A stretch of 64,000 bases of DNA. It comes from Macrostomum hystrix. Lineage: Eukaryota > Animalia > Platyhelminthes. Position 1 is the first letter of the stretch. Every line of letters begins with the position of its first letter. The position numbers were made by a program, and so were the translations under genes. The stretch spans positions 10,354,001-10,418,000 of the forward strand of contig CATNEN010000003.1 in the NCBI GenBank assembly GCA_950097015.1. The letters run 5' to 3'. The notes below the pieces were generated by a model. The model saw nothing but the letters and a program-made list of their open reading frames with translations, was not told where the DNA came from and made no database searches. This document shows positions 34,720 to 48,757 of the stretch, piece after piece.

Positions 34720-35640
34720 ACTCTTGTCTAACAGGTTACTTACTCCTGTCTAACAGGTTACTTACTCCAGTCTAACAGGTTAATTTCTCCTGTCTAGCAG
34801 GTCAATTTCTCCTGTCTAACAGGTTAATTACTCCTGTTTAACAGGTTACTTACTCCAGTCTAACAGGTTAATTTTTCCTGTCTAACAGGTTACTTACTCC
34901 TGTCTAACAGGGTAATTTTTCCTGTCTAACAGGTTACTTACTCCAGTCTAACAGGTTAATTTCTCCTGTCTAGCAGGTCAATTTCTCCTATTTAACAGGT
35001 TACTTACTCCAGTCTAACAGGTTAATTTTTCCTGTCTAACAGGTTACTTACTCCAGTCTAACAGGTTAATTTTTCCTGTCTAACAGGTTACTTACTCCAG
35101 TCTAACAGGGTAATTTTTCCTGTCTAACAGATTAATTTCTCCTGTCTAACAGGTTAATTACTCCTGTCTAACAGGTTACTTACTCCAGTTTAACAGGTTA
35201 ATTACTCCTGTCTAACAGGTTACTTACTCCTGTCCAACAGGTTAATTTCTCCTGTCTAACAGGTTAATTTCTCCTGTCTAACAGGTTAATTTCTCCTGTC
35301 TAACAGGTTACTTACTCCTGTCTAACAGGTTACTTACTCCTGTCTAACATGTTAATTTCTCCTGTCTAGCAGGTCAATTTCTCCTGTCTAACAGGTTAAT
35401 TTCTCCTGTCTAACAGGTTAATTACTCCTGTTTAACAGGTTACTTACTCCAGTCTAACAGGGTAATTTTTCCTGTCTAACAGGTTACTTACTCCTGTCTA
35501 ACAGGTTAATTTCTCCTATCTAACAGGTTAATTTCTCCTGTCTAACAGGTTAATTTCTCCTGTCTAACAGGTTAATTTCTCCTATCTAACAGGTTACTTA
35601 CTCCTGTCTAACAGGTTAATTACTCCTGTCTAACAGGTGA
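34720..35640. repeat. 22-bp minisatellite ctcctgtctaacaggtta(attt/ctta)
   Basis: Direct tandem copies with an internal inverted repeat CCTGT-CTA-ACAGG. Confidence 0.95.
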
Positions 35641-36009
35641 CTGTTCTTATCTAACAATACATTATATTCTCTAATAAGCGAAGTTATTGTCAAACAAGCA
35701 ATCCTAATTCGGCAATTTTTTTCAGTCACAAACGAGAACACATTTTTCGTCTTAAGCCGCTGACCAAATTTCAGCAAATGGACATTGTACTGCACACTCA
35801 ATGCGCTAATGTAGGTCGTAAAATGCGTAAAAACCTTATCTTAAAATTCAGGGCCTTCCTTGCCTGAAGAAGCGAACTAAAGCCATATAATATATCTGCA
35901 ATAAATATTCAAAATATCTAGCCATAGTTCTAAATTACAGTAGAATAAGGTCCTATGGTTTCTTTTAGTTTCTGCAACTGAAAATCAAAGCAACTATTTT
36001 TCACTAAGC

Positions 36010-36303
36010 ATGGATTCTATTAAAGATAGATTGTATGTGAAACACGCGGCAAGGCATTTACCAACAAGCAGCAGCAGCAGCAGCGGCAGCGGCAGCAGCA
36101 ATAGCGACACTGTGGGCAATGTTATTCCTAGGATCTGGTCCTACTTGAAGTCCACATCGACAATGAGCTCGTCTGCTGCTCGGGCCAGATTGTTACGCGG
36201 TAGGAAGGGCTATTCTACTGGCGATCCGCCTACACTGAGACAGCTGGATATTCCAGACAAGCATCTAGCAGCCCCTGACTCTGGAGCTGCTGGCCTTGGA
36301 GGG
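36010..36303 (+). CDS. Putative alternative first coding exon B
   Basis: Acceptor tttcttttag| at 35968, ATG 36010, 98 S/G-rich codons, donor ggg|gtgagc, phase 0. Confidence 0.55.
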
Positions 36304-36314
36304 GTGAGCTGATA

Positions 36315-39300
36315 AACCTAACTAGCTTCAGGCTAAAGATATCCCCAATTAGCTTCAGACTAAGGATATCCCCAACTAGCTTCAGGCCAAGGATATCCCC
36401 AACTAGCTTCAGACTAAGGATATCCCCAACTAGCTTCAGGCTAAGGATATCCCCAACTAGCTTCAGGCTAAGGATATCCCCAACTAAGCTTCAGGCTAAG
36501 GATATCCCCAACTAAGCTTCAGGCTAAGGAAATCCCCAACTAGCTTCAGACTACGGATATCCCCAACTAGCTTCAGGCTAAGGATATCCCCAACTAGCTT
36601 CAGGCTAAGGATATCCCCAACTAGCTTCAGACTAAGGATATCCCCAACTAGCTTCAGACTAAGGATATCCCCAACTAGCTTCAGGCTAAGGATATCCCCA
36701 ACTAGCTTCAGACTAAGGATATCCCCAACTAGCTTCAGGCTAAGGATATCCCCAACTAGCTTCAGACTAAGGATATCCCCAACTAGCTTCAGGCTAAGGA
36801 TATCCCCAACTAGCTTCAGGCTAAGGATATCCCCAACTAGCTTCAGACTAAGGATATCCCCAACTAGCTTCAGACTAAGGATATCCCCAACTAGCTTCAG
36901 GCTAAGGATATCCCCAACTAGCTTCAGGCAAAATATATCCCCAACTAGCTTCAGACTAAGGATACTCCTTAAACTAGCTTCAGGCTAAGGATATCCCCAA
37001 CTAGCTTCAGGCAAAATATATCCCCAACTAGCTTCAGACTACGGATATCCCCAACTAGCTTCAGACTACGGAAATCCCCAACTAGCTTCAGGCTAAGGAT
37101 ATCCCCAACTAGCTTCAGGCTAAGGATATCCCCAACTAAGCTTCAGGCTAAGGATATCCCCAACTAGCTTCAGACTAAGGATATCCCCAACTAGCTTCAG
37201 ACTAAGGATATCCCCAACTAAGCTTCAGGCTAAGGATATCCCCAACTAGCTTCAGGCAAAATATATCCCCAACTAGCTTCAGACTAAGGATATCCCCAAC
37301 TAGCTTCAGGCCAAGGATATCCCCAACTAGCTTCAGACTAAGGATATCCCCAAATAGCTTCAGACTAAGGATATCCCCAACTAGCTTCAGGCTAAGGATA
37401 TCCCCAACTAGCTTCAGACTACGGAAATCCCCAACTAGCTTCAGACTACGGAAATCCCCAACTAGCTTCAGGCTAAGGATATCCCCAACTAGCTTCAGGC
37501 TAAGGATATCCCCAACTAAGCTTCAGGCTAAGGATATCCCCAACTAGCTTCAGACTAAGGATATCCCCAACTAGCTTCAGACTAAGGATATCCCCAACTA
37601 AGCTTCAGGCTAAGGATATCCCCAACTAGCTTCAGGCAAAATATATCCCCAACTAGCTTCAGACTAAGGATATCCCCAACTAGCTTCAGACTAAGGATAT
37701 CCCCAACTAGCTTCAGACTAAGGATATCCCCAACTAGCTTCAGACTAAGGATATCCCCAACTAGCTTCAGGCTAAGGATATCCCCAACTAGCTTCAGACT
37801 AAGGATATCCCCAACTAGCTTCAGGCTAAGGAAATCCCCAACTAGCTTCAGGCTAAGGATATCCCCAACTAAGCTTCAGGCTAAGGATATCCCCAACTAG
37901 CTTCAGGCAAAATATATCCCCAACTAGCTTCAGACTAAGGATATCCCCAACTAGCTTCAGACTAAGGATATCCCCAACTAGCTTCAGACTAAGGATATCC
38001 CCAACTAGCTTCAGACTAAGGATATCCCCAACTAGCTTCAGGCTAAGGATATCCCCAACTAGCTTCAGACTAAGGATATCCCCAACTAGCTTCAGGCTAA
38101 GGATACTCCTTAAACTAGCTTCAGACTAAGGATACTCCTTAAACTAGCTTCAGGCTAAGGATACTCCTTAAACTAGCTTCAGACTAAGGATATCCCCAAC
38201 TAGCTTCAGGCTAAGGATACTCCTTAAACTAGCTTCAGGCTAAGGATACTCCTTAAACTAGCTTCAGGCTAAGGATACTCCTTAAACTAGCTTCAGGCTA
38301 AGGATACTCCTTAAACTAGCTTCAGGCTAAGGATACTCCTTAAACTAGCTTCAGACTAAGGATATCCCCAACTAGCTTCAGGCTAAGGATATCCCCAACT
38401 AGCTTCAGACTAAGGATATCCCCAACTAGCTTCAGGCTAAGGATACTCCTTAAACTAGCTTCAGACTAAGGATACTCCTTAAACTAGCTTCAGACTAAGG
38501 ATACTCCTTAAACTAGCTTCAGACTAAGGATACTCCTTAAACTAGCTTCAGGCTAAGGATACTCCTTAAACTAGCTTCAGACTAAGGATACTCCTTAAAC
38601 TAGCTTCAGACTAAGGATACTCCTTAAACTAGCTTCAGACTAAGGATACTCCTTAAACTAGCTTCAGACTAAGGATACTCCTTAAACTAGCTTCAGACTA
38701 AGGATACTCCTTAAACTAGCTTCAGACTAAGGATACTCCTTAAACTAGCTTCAGGCTAAGGATATCCCCAACTAGCTTCAGACTAAGGATATCCCCAACT
38801 AGCTTCAGACTAAGGATATCCCCAACTAGCTTCAGACTAAGGATATCCCCAACTAGCTTCAGACTAAGGATATCCCCAACTAGCTTCAGGCTAAGGATAT
38901 CCCCAACTAGCTTCAGACTAAGGATATCCCCAACTAGCTTCAGACTAAGGATATCCCCAAATAGCTTCAGACTAAGGATATCCCCAACTAGCTTCAGGCT
39001 AAGGAAATCCCCAACTAGCTTCAGGCTAAGGATATCCCCAACTAAGCTTCAGGCTAAGGAAATCCCTAACTAGCTTCAGACTAAGGATATCCCCAAATAG
39101 CTTCAGACTAAGGATATCCCCAACTAGCTTCAGGCTAAGGATATCCCCAACTAGCTTCAGGCTAAGGATATCCCCAACTAGCTTCAGGCTAAGGATATCC
39201 CCAACTAAGCTTCAGGCTAAGGAAATCCCTAACTAGCTTCAGGCTAAGGATATCCCCAACTAGCTTCAGACTAAGGATATCCCCAACTAGCTTCAGACTA

Positions 39301-39832
39301 AGGATATCCCCAACTAGCTTCAGACTAAGGATATCCCTAACTAGCTTCAGACTAAGGATATCCCCAACTAGCTTCAGACTAAGGATATCCCCAACTAGCT
39401 TCAGACTAAGGATATCCCCAACTAGCTTCAGACTAAGGATATCCCCAACTAGCTTCAGACTAAGGATATCCCCAACTAGCTTCAGACTAAGGATATCCCC
39501 AACTAGCTTCAGACTAAGGATATCCCCAACTAGCTTCAGACTACGGATATCCCCAACTAGCTTCAGGCTAAGGATATCCCCAACTAGCTTCAGACTACGG
39601 ATATCCCCAACTAGCTTCAGACTAAGGATATCCCCAACTAGCTTCAGACTACGGATATCCCCAACTAGCTTCAGACTAAGGATATCCCCAACTAGCTTCA
39701 GACTACGGATATCCCCAACTAGCTTCAGACTACGGATATCCCCAACTAGCTTCAGACTAAGGATATCCCCAACTAGCTTCAGACTACGGATATCCCCAAC
39801 TAGCTTCAGGCTAAGGATATCCCCAACTAGCA
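36315..39832. repeat. 27-bp minisatellite ctagcttcagactaaggatatccccaa (~130 copies)
   Basis: Direct tandem copies; a 28-bp variant domain at ~38100-38755. Confidence 0.95.
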
Positions 39833-40129
39833 TCAGTTTAAATCTAGTATCATTGTCACTCTTTATTGATAAAATTTTTCGATATTTTTCTTTGTACTTT
39901 TGCTTTCGTTTAGTATGTAACGTTATATTCAAAGCCATTAGTTTTTAATGTTATCGGCCTATTATAAAACTAGCAGTCAACCAGAAGATGGCACAGTATT
40001 TTTTAATAATATCTTGATTGCTTTTTCTCTAAGTGGTTTCGAAAAGCAACTTATTTGTGTCTAGATCTTTAATAGCGCTCTGATAGGATGAAGGCTAAAT
40101 GAAGGTTAAACAGGAAATAGATAACACAG

Positions 40130-40285
40130 AAGAGAGATTAGAGAGGGCAGATAAGACAGGGGAGAGATGAGACGGAGAAGAGATGAGACTGGAATAGATA
40201 AAACAGGGGAGAGACGACAAGGTAGAGATGAGACGGGAGAGATGAGACAAGGTAGAGATGACACAGGGGAGAGATGGGACAGGAT
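40130..40285. repeat. Degenerate inverted copy of the gtctcatctc minisatellite family
   Basis: gagatgagac units. Confidence 0.7.
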
Positions 40286-41813
40286 AGAGTATGTGACCCA
40301 AGAATTTCGTGTGGTGGTAAATATATAAAATGAGATGAGTATTGGGAAAGTGTGAAACCGTGCATGAACTATTTTGTTAGCAGTAAAATTATAACAAAGT
40401 TAGAACTGTTATGAGCACAGAGAGACAGGACATTTAAAACGGCAATTAGGACATATATTACAATTTAGCTATATAACAGTATTGCTTTCTGAAACTATAA
40501 ATAATTATTCAAAATAATTTATCAGCAACATCATGCTAGCTTGTAAACATGCGGGTCAGTTTGCCCTGGACTCTTATCTTTTAAAGAGGAAACCCTACTG
40601 TCATTATCGGTTGAATCGAGGAGTTTATTTCGTTACCTTAAGCTTACGTATATTTAGAACAGTTTTTGCCTGGCTTACTTTTTCAAGATAACGAATATAT
40701 TTGCATTTGCAATACGAGTAAACCAGTAATTGAAACATAAACTCTACAAGGTACAAAAGTAATAAGACACAATGTAGTTTACTTGAGCTCTGTGATTTCA
40801 TATGACCACGTAGTTGTATGAAGTGATCCCTTAAGAAATAGCTTTTTCATTCTAATCGAATTATCGAAATTTCATGAAATACTTTTCGATTCTTTTCAGC
40901 TCCCTTTCCTTTTTATATTAAGTGCAAATAAAAACGCATTATGTGCTCCACCGATTGATATGTACAAATTCAAGTTCTTCGATTTTTTTGAATAATTATT
41001 TAAGAATTTTGAAAACGAAACAAAGTTTTAGCTTTTGAATGTACCTACTAGAAGTAGCACGTGATGTTTTTTTAATTCTTAGGTTTTCGTATTTCCGCTG
41101 AATGTTGATAGGTAAATATTACGTGATCCAAAAATAAAGTTTTTTTATTTTCTAATAAAAACCCTAATGTTAAATAAATATCGATAATGAATACCATAGC
41201 ATTTATACTTTCCACATGAGAGTTTCAAAATAAGTACTTAAAACAGGATTTAAATAATATGCGATTAAGTAAAAATTTTAATATACTACTTATTCTGTAT
41301 ATCCAAACTAAAAAGTTCGCAATTGGCAATTGCAGAATAAGGTGACGCGAACTGCTTATTTGGAAAATAAGATGACGAGATTCCGCGGTATCTATGGTCT
41401 CAGTTATAGTAGATACGGTATTTTTTTAATAAGTTTCTTAGAAACTACATGAATTGCTACAATGACCTGTACTGTATTATGGAAATCGATTATATGATGA
41501 CTGAGAAAAAAAGAATATTTGCTGACCAAATTTTTAGAGTTGCTCATAAAAAATTAACTACCACGTATAATTATTATCGGTGCTTATCAGATCTTCTGCA
41601 AACAATTTAGCTTTCTTGAATCTTATATTATAGTTTTATTATATAAACTTTGCATTTAAAGCTTAACAGAGCTGCACTTACTCGTAAAAGCCACAAGCTT
41701 TCTTACTAATCCTCATTACTTTCTTACAAGCTTTCTTGCTTTTTTCAACTGCTGAAAAAGTGGTGAAGTATTAAAATTAGAGAATACTAGTGATTTATCA
41801 AGCATAATATCCT

Positions 41814-42035
41814 ATGGACAATCGTTTCGCACATCTGACCTACCCACATGGTTATTCTAAGCAGGATGTATGCAATATCAAACGTGAAGCTTTTTTATTA
41901 GGCAATAAACGTCTTGACAATGCCTTAGTTGAAGAACAAGTCGAGCCACTGTCAGTTTCGACCAAGGCTAAAGTAAAATCTGATTTTGTGCTGAATGCTC
42001 CTCTGAAGAATATTGAGCTCAATGAAGAATATGTG
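41814..42035 (+). CDS. Putative alternative first coding exon C
   Basis: ATG-initiated 74 codons in very AT-rich flanks, strong donor gtg|gtaaga, phase 0. Confidence 0.4.
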
Positions 42036-43147
42036 GTAAGATATTTTTAAATTAACGATATCTTGTAATAAATAAAATATATATTTTCAAATTGTTGCCT
42101 TAAATGTTGCCCTTGAAGGTCTAAAGAAGTTCTTAAACTTTAAAGTAACTGGAGTGATATTTGCTGTCTTTAAGCATTTTCTATCACATTGTTTCTATAC
42201 ATAATAATTAAAACCCAAATATATAATTTAAAACACTATTTTTCCTATTTTCTAATATTGTTTGTTAACATATTATACCTAAGAGCAGATATTTCATAAC
42301 TGTAGTTTGAGTTTTTAATTAAATTAGCTTGGACCTTAACTAGCTATTGAGCTGTCAAATGTGCATTAACTTAACTTGGCTATGTGAATTTCATTCAATT
42401 CCATTCTAGTTTAAAGCAGAAATAATTTTTTTACTAGCTATTGTTGTCAGCTGACCTCAAATTCTGCTTATCAAGTGTTCATGCACTGGTTAGGCCTATT
42501 CACGTTAATAGACCTTTACAGCGACCAGCACATAACATAGGATAGGGGTTGTGTCTTGTTAGCCTAGCTAGCTAAAACAATAGAACCACCCCACACACGC
42601 ATTTCTAACATCGGCCCATGCTAGTTCTCTTCTAGCTTTGTTTGGTCTTTCGATTTCTGTCCAGTTTTTAATGACGCGATCTGATAGGTCAGTTTGCCAG
42701 TGCTGAATGGCTGTTCTAAAATTATACTCTCAGGTGTGCATCTTATTACACAGAAATGGAAGACCGCTTGCTCTGTCTCTTAAATACTCTCCGAGTTCGA
42801 ATGTACTTTTCAAACTTGCGCCATTAACCCGTAGTGTGTCAGTTGCCAGTTCAGAAATATTGTGCAAAGTCTTTACCTTCTGGAAGGAAACGCGAAACAA
42901 CCAGCCAACCCCGCGCAATCTCTCTCCCCCCTCTCTTCCTATATCGCTCTTTTCACTACTCGGAGTACTTACTTCTAGCCCTGGGGATAGAATTAAGACA
43001 AAATAAGTCCACGAACCTATAGGAATAAGCAGAACAACTAGAAAGCTATTTCTCTATATAAAGAATTCCTTTTTTCTAAAGTTTCGTTGAATTAGAAGAA
43101 AAACACAGATTTTCAACTAGATATAAATCAATTGAATCGATTCAATT

Positions 43148-43371
43148 CTGGAGTCCGAACCAGTTGCATCCGGTGGAGGTAGTGGCATTGTTGAACTAGA
43201 CAACGTGTTCGACTTGGCCGAAATCAGTGACTTAGGCAGATCAGTTCATCAGCAGCAGCAGCAGCAGCCTGGTCAACAGGGTCACTCGCATCATCTCTCA
43301 GGTGATAGCGGTATCGGTGAAGAGGTCGCTACTAATCTTCATCAGCGTCGTAAAAAGCATTCTAGTCCATC

Positions 43372-43415
<44 letters not shown>

Positions 43416-43678
43416 GGCAGCAGCAATGGCGTCGGCGTACTCGCAGTCAAGACGACGAGTACACGCAACCAAGTGCAGGCGCCTGTGCGGCTAACGAAGA
43501 GCGTAGAAGTACAGTTGGTAGCATTGGCAGCGAGTTGCGTTCTTTGTTTCGTTTTGGCGGCGGTGGCGGCGGCGGCCTCAGCGGTCGGCTTGCAGCGTCC
43601 TACAGACTGTCAACTCGACGCCGAAGCAGCGCCAAACGCAGTCAGTCCATTGCCGAGGAGGGCGAATATCAATGCGAG
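43148..43678 (+). CDS. Putative alternative coding exon D (poly-Q/poly-G, DSGIG motif); start uncertain
   Basis: GC-rich open frame after the in-frame TGA at 43133; donor gag|gttggt in phase 0; no in-frame ATG. Confidence 0.55.
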
Positions 43679-43724
43679 GTTGGTGTCTAGCTTGATGACA
43701 ACTTGACCGAATCTCAAGATGGCT

Positions 43725-44050
43725 TCTGTAGATTTGCTATCTAGATCCGGTAGATACCTACTAGAGTTCAGTAGATAGAGAATTCTGTAGATATCGACTC
43801 TAGATTCTGTAAGATATCGACTCTAGATTCTGTAAGATATCGACTCTAGATTCTGTAGATATCCACTCTAGATTCTGTAGATATCAACTCTAGATTCTGT
43901 AGATATCTACTCTAGATTCTGTAAATATCGACTCTAGATTCTGTAGATATCGACTCTAGATTCTGTAGATATCGACTCTAGATTCTGTAGATATCGACTC
44001 TAGATTCTGTGGATATCAACTCTAGATTCTGTGGATTTAGAATCTAGTTT
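43725..44050. repeat. 22-bp minisatellite ctctagattctgtagatatcga
   Basis: Direct tandem copies. Confidence 0.9.
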
Positions 44051-46314
44051 TAGTTCTTTCATTTTCGAATTTAGATTAGCTTCTGTAGTTCTTTACTCAC
44101 GATTTTGTAGATATCAATTAAAAATTTTGCAGAAATTCTGGACAAAAAATCGAATGCTTCAATACATATATACTTGAGTTGACATCGATAGGGCGGCAAT
44201 CACACAAAGTTAGGATTTAGGAAGCTTGGCTATGCATGTACTCGTACTTTTACTTTGTAACGCTATAGGGGGACTTGAATATCGACCAGTTTGCCTAATG
44301 CTAAAACTTTTTACTGTAATTTATGTACAATGTTCTCTGCTCATGACAGTATGACTGAAGGGTGCATGACGAAACGCTAAACGACCCAATGTATTTTAGA
44401 ACAAGCAAAAAATGCTTTGTCTAGTTAGCTAGCAACGGTTTGAATCTCGACCCTGGAATATAGAAAGCTCTGGCAGATCTAGGAATCGACATTGTCAGAC
44501 AATAAAGCTGTTTAAAAAATAGGATTTCGGAAAAGATCACGGATGCACTGCACAGTTGTACTTTAATCTCTCTTTTGATATTCATGGGATAGCTGGCTAA
44601 ATGTAAAGAAAAGTACACGATTCATATTGTCACGTGCTTCTCCAGCCGGATTTTTTCTTCCTCTCCTCATTTAATGCTTCCTCTCGATCTCTCTTTCTGT
44701 ACGTCTGATTCATGGCTATGGATTCCTACCTTTCTTTCACATTTTTTTGCGTTGGCATATTTTTCTCTGCGCTCTTTAATATACTTCTATTATACGTTTT
44801 CCTGGGTCCAGAAAACCTTGGTCCTGGGAGCGCAGCTAGGGGCCGCGGTGGTGGGGTGGTTGTTTGGGGGTAGTTTTGCTAGTCTAGTATACTATTCTAT
44901 AGACTCTATTGAGTCTGTTTACGTTTATTTGAGGCTTGAACTTTTGTGGCCTTCTTTAGAATCAGAAGATTTTTCGTAGATTGCCAAGTAAAGCACATTA
45001 TAAATAAAATTTTGTCTCTACGAATCAATCTTCTGCCAAGAAAGATGCAAAATTAATTACAAATTAAGTCCTGATTTCAGTAAGACAGTAAGTTACAGCC
45101 CTGTTTATATAATAGGAGACTCAGACACTTAAAACAAATATAAAGTTGGAAAAAAACTAGAAATTTGATTGGCAAGTAGTAGGTTGACAAGCTATTAATT
45201 TCATTGTCCAGCTTTTATTGACAGTGAATAAAACCAGACGTGCAAAAATCAAAAATGGAACAGTTTTAGTCGAATTGGTGCACTTTTAACAGGTCAACTT
45301 AGTAAAGCAACTAAGAGCACAACTGTCTGTCTATCTGTCTAAACATCAGCTAACCTTATGTTAGCTATCTACAGAGAATAAATCTCTTTGATTTATTAGT
45401 TTTGCGATCCCAAGAGACGTGTTTTTTATCCCATGCAGACTCCGTTGTAAATAAATAGGTTTATCTAATCTTGTACAAAATGTACATTTGAGCTCAGTGG
45501 ATTCTTGTATGGGTCGAGTTCTATAGCCTTGTTGACCGTCGAATGTAGGCTCTCTGTTACTTGGTGATTGATTTGGCTTTCAAATAACTCGATAATAAAT
45601 AAGATAAGATATACGATATAGGCAAGATATGATGCTTGATGGAGTATTGTATACCCAACTAGACAACGATGAGAGATAAAAAATAGGTCATGAGATAGAA
45701 GGTGAGATTTTAAGAAAACATAATGTGAGAAATGGCTTTAAAGGTGGAACATTATAATACATGTAGATGAAGTAGACACTCTACTGAAGTGCATTCAGTT
45801 TCTAGAATCAAAATCTATGCAGTCAAATTTAGCTCTCTATGCTATATATAACCTATAGTTGTTATCAGTCAATAATTGATTGATTGACTACCTGATTTCC
45901 TGCAAGCACTGCAAGCAATGCTAATGATGGCTGTCTTCATCAATCAGTTTCTTGCTAATTAAAATGATTCGTTCTCAATGAATGAACCTATATTTTTAGA
46001 CTTTGACAAGCTGTTGTCTATTATTAATGAGGCAGATTAAAACTCATAGATGTTTCACATACACTAGCTATATGTACACCTGTCCTAAATGCCTGTTAAG
46101 TGTGTAGTTTGTCATTCTATTTTTCACTCACTATAGCCGGCTCGAAATATATATTCCTCTTAAAAATGACAATTTAAGGTCATTCGTTCATTAAAAATCC
46201 TGCATGATGCATTGTGCATTGCCAGAACGTTACAAAAATACATTTTAGCTGTCGTAAAATATCTAGCTTTTAGACTCTGGTAATCTCTTATGCGTTCTGA
46301 CTGAGATATACCAC

Positions 46315-48097
46315 TATCTCTCCTCTGTATTATTTCTCCTCTGTCTCATCTCTCCATGTCTCATCTCTCCCCTGTCTCATCTCTCCCAGTCTTATCTCTC
46401 CCAGCCTCATCTCTCCCTGTCTCATTTATTCCCTGTCTCATCTCTCCCTGTCTCATCTCTCCCAGCCTCATCTCTCCCTGTCTCATCTATTCCCTGTCTC
46501 ATCTCTCCCTGTCTCATCTCTCCCAGCCTCATCACTCCCTGTCTCATTTATTCCCTGTCTCATCTCTCCCTGTCTCATCTCTCCCAGCCTCATCTCTCCC
46601 TGTCCCTGTCCCTCTCTCCCTGTCTCATTTATTCCCTGTCTCATCTCTCCCAGCCTCATCTCTCCCTGTCTCATTTATTCCCTGTCTCATCTCTCCCTGT
46701 CTCATCTCTCCCAGCCTCATCTCTCCCTGTCCCTGTCCCTCTCTCCCTGTCTCATTTATTCCCTGTCTCATCTCTCCCTGTCTCATCTCTCCCAGCCTCA
46801 TCTCTCCCTGTCTCATTTATTCCCTGTCTCATCTCTCCCTGTCTCATCTCTCCCAGCCTCATCTCTCCCTGTCTCATTTATTCCCTGTCTCATCTCTCCC
46901 TGTCTCATCTCTCCCAGCCTCATCTCTCCCTGTCTCATCTCTCCCCTGACTCATCTCTCCACTGTCTCATCTCTCCCCTGTCTCATTTCTCCCAGCCTCA
47001 TCTCTCCCTGTCTCATCTCTCCCCTGTCTCATCTCTCCCCTGTCTCATCTCTTTCCTGTCTCATCTCTCCCCTGTCTCATCTATCCCCTGTCTCATCTCT
47101 CCCAGCCTCATCTCTCCCTGTCTCATCTCTCCCCTGTCTCATCTCTTCCCTGCCTCATCTCTCCCCTGTCTTATCTCTCCCCTGTCTCATCTCTCCCCTG
47201 TCTCATCTCTCCCAGCCTCATCTCTCCCAGCCTCATCTCTCCCTGTCTCATATATTCCCTGTCTCATCTCTCCCCTGTCTCATCTCTCCCCTGCCTCATC
47301 TCCCCCCTGTTTCATCTATTCCCTGTCTCATCTATTCCCTGTCTCATCTCTCCCTGTCTCATCTCTCCCTGCCTCATCTCTCCCCTGCCTCATCTCTCCG
47401 CTGTCTCATTTCTCCCAGCCTCATCTCTCCCTGTCTCATCTCTCCCCTGTCTCATCTCTCCCCTGTCTCATCTCTTTCCTGTCTCATCTCTCCCCTGTCT
47501 CATCTCTCCCCTGTCTCATCTCTCCCAGCCTCATCTCTCCCTGTCTCATCTCTCCCCTGTCTCATCTCTTCCCTGCCTCATCTCTCCCCTGTCTTATCTC
47601 TCCCCTGTCTCATCTCTCCCCTGTCTCATCTCTCCCAGCCTCATCTCTCCCAGCCTCATCTCTCCCTGTCTCATATATTCCCTGTCTCATCTCTCCCCTG
47701 TCTCATCTCTCCCCTGCCTCATCTCCCCCCTGTTTCATCTATTCCCTGTCTCATCTATTCCCTGTCTCATCTCTCCCTGTCTCATCTCTCCCTGCCTCAT
47801 CTCTCCCCTGCCTCATCTCTCCGCTGTCTCATCTCTCCCCTGTCTCATCTCTCCCAGCCTCATCTCTCCCAGCCTCATCTCTCCCTGTCTCATATATTCC
47901 CTGTCTCATCTCTCCCCTGTCTCATCTATTCCCTGTCTCATCTCTCCCTGTCTTATCTCTCCCCTGCCTCATCTCTCCCCTGTCTCATCTCTCCCCTGCC
48001 TCATCTCCCCCCTGTTTCATCTATTCCCTGTCTCATCTATTCCCTGTCTCATCTCTCCCTGCCTCATCTCTCCCCTGCCTCATCTCTCCCCTGTCTC
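46315..48097. repeat. 16/17-bp minisatellite ctgtctcatctctccc(c)
   Basis: Direct tandem copies; same core as the 29720 array. Confidence 0.95.
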
Positions 48098-48757
48098 CAG
48101 TTTTACTCGCTACTATAAAGTAGGCTGTTAAGCATCTTTCGAATTTTGTATAGTTTGTTGTTAAAAGCAATTCTTTTAATGGAGAAACAGTATGGGATTT
48201 CTAAATAGGATTTCTAAATCTTGTTCTTATTGTTTATTTTTTGTTTATCATATTTTAGTAACAATAAGATGCCTTTATTAAATATTGAATTTATGAATCA
48301 TATTTAATCTAGAAATTCTTTAACATATTAAACCCAGACCACATGAATAAAATTTTTTTTTGACATTTCGGCACAGTTAAAATTAGAATTTCTATCAGAT
48401 AAATTATTTTATCTTATCGAATTTTCTTTCTGAATTGGCAATTCGGTCAAATTTCTGCTGATAGCACATAAAAATACATGACAGTTTTATTGTCGCTTTA
48501 AGCAGCTTTCGCTTTCTCTTGCTTTCTTCTTTGCAAAAAGCTTTACACTGGAGAGGGCAAGTAGAATTTGACAGTATTTTCCTTCACTCGCTCCATCTAC
48601 CTCTGTCAATGCTCGAACCTGATCTCTATCTCTCATCCTCCCTCATGCTTTCCGCCCTGACAAATAATGCAAAATTTATTCGAAATATCGACAAAATTTT
48701 ATTACATCGTCTGAGCAGTCTCCTCTACTGCGGCTGTGCTCGGTATTGGAAATGCTT

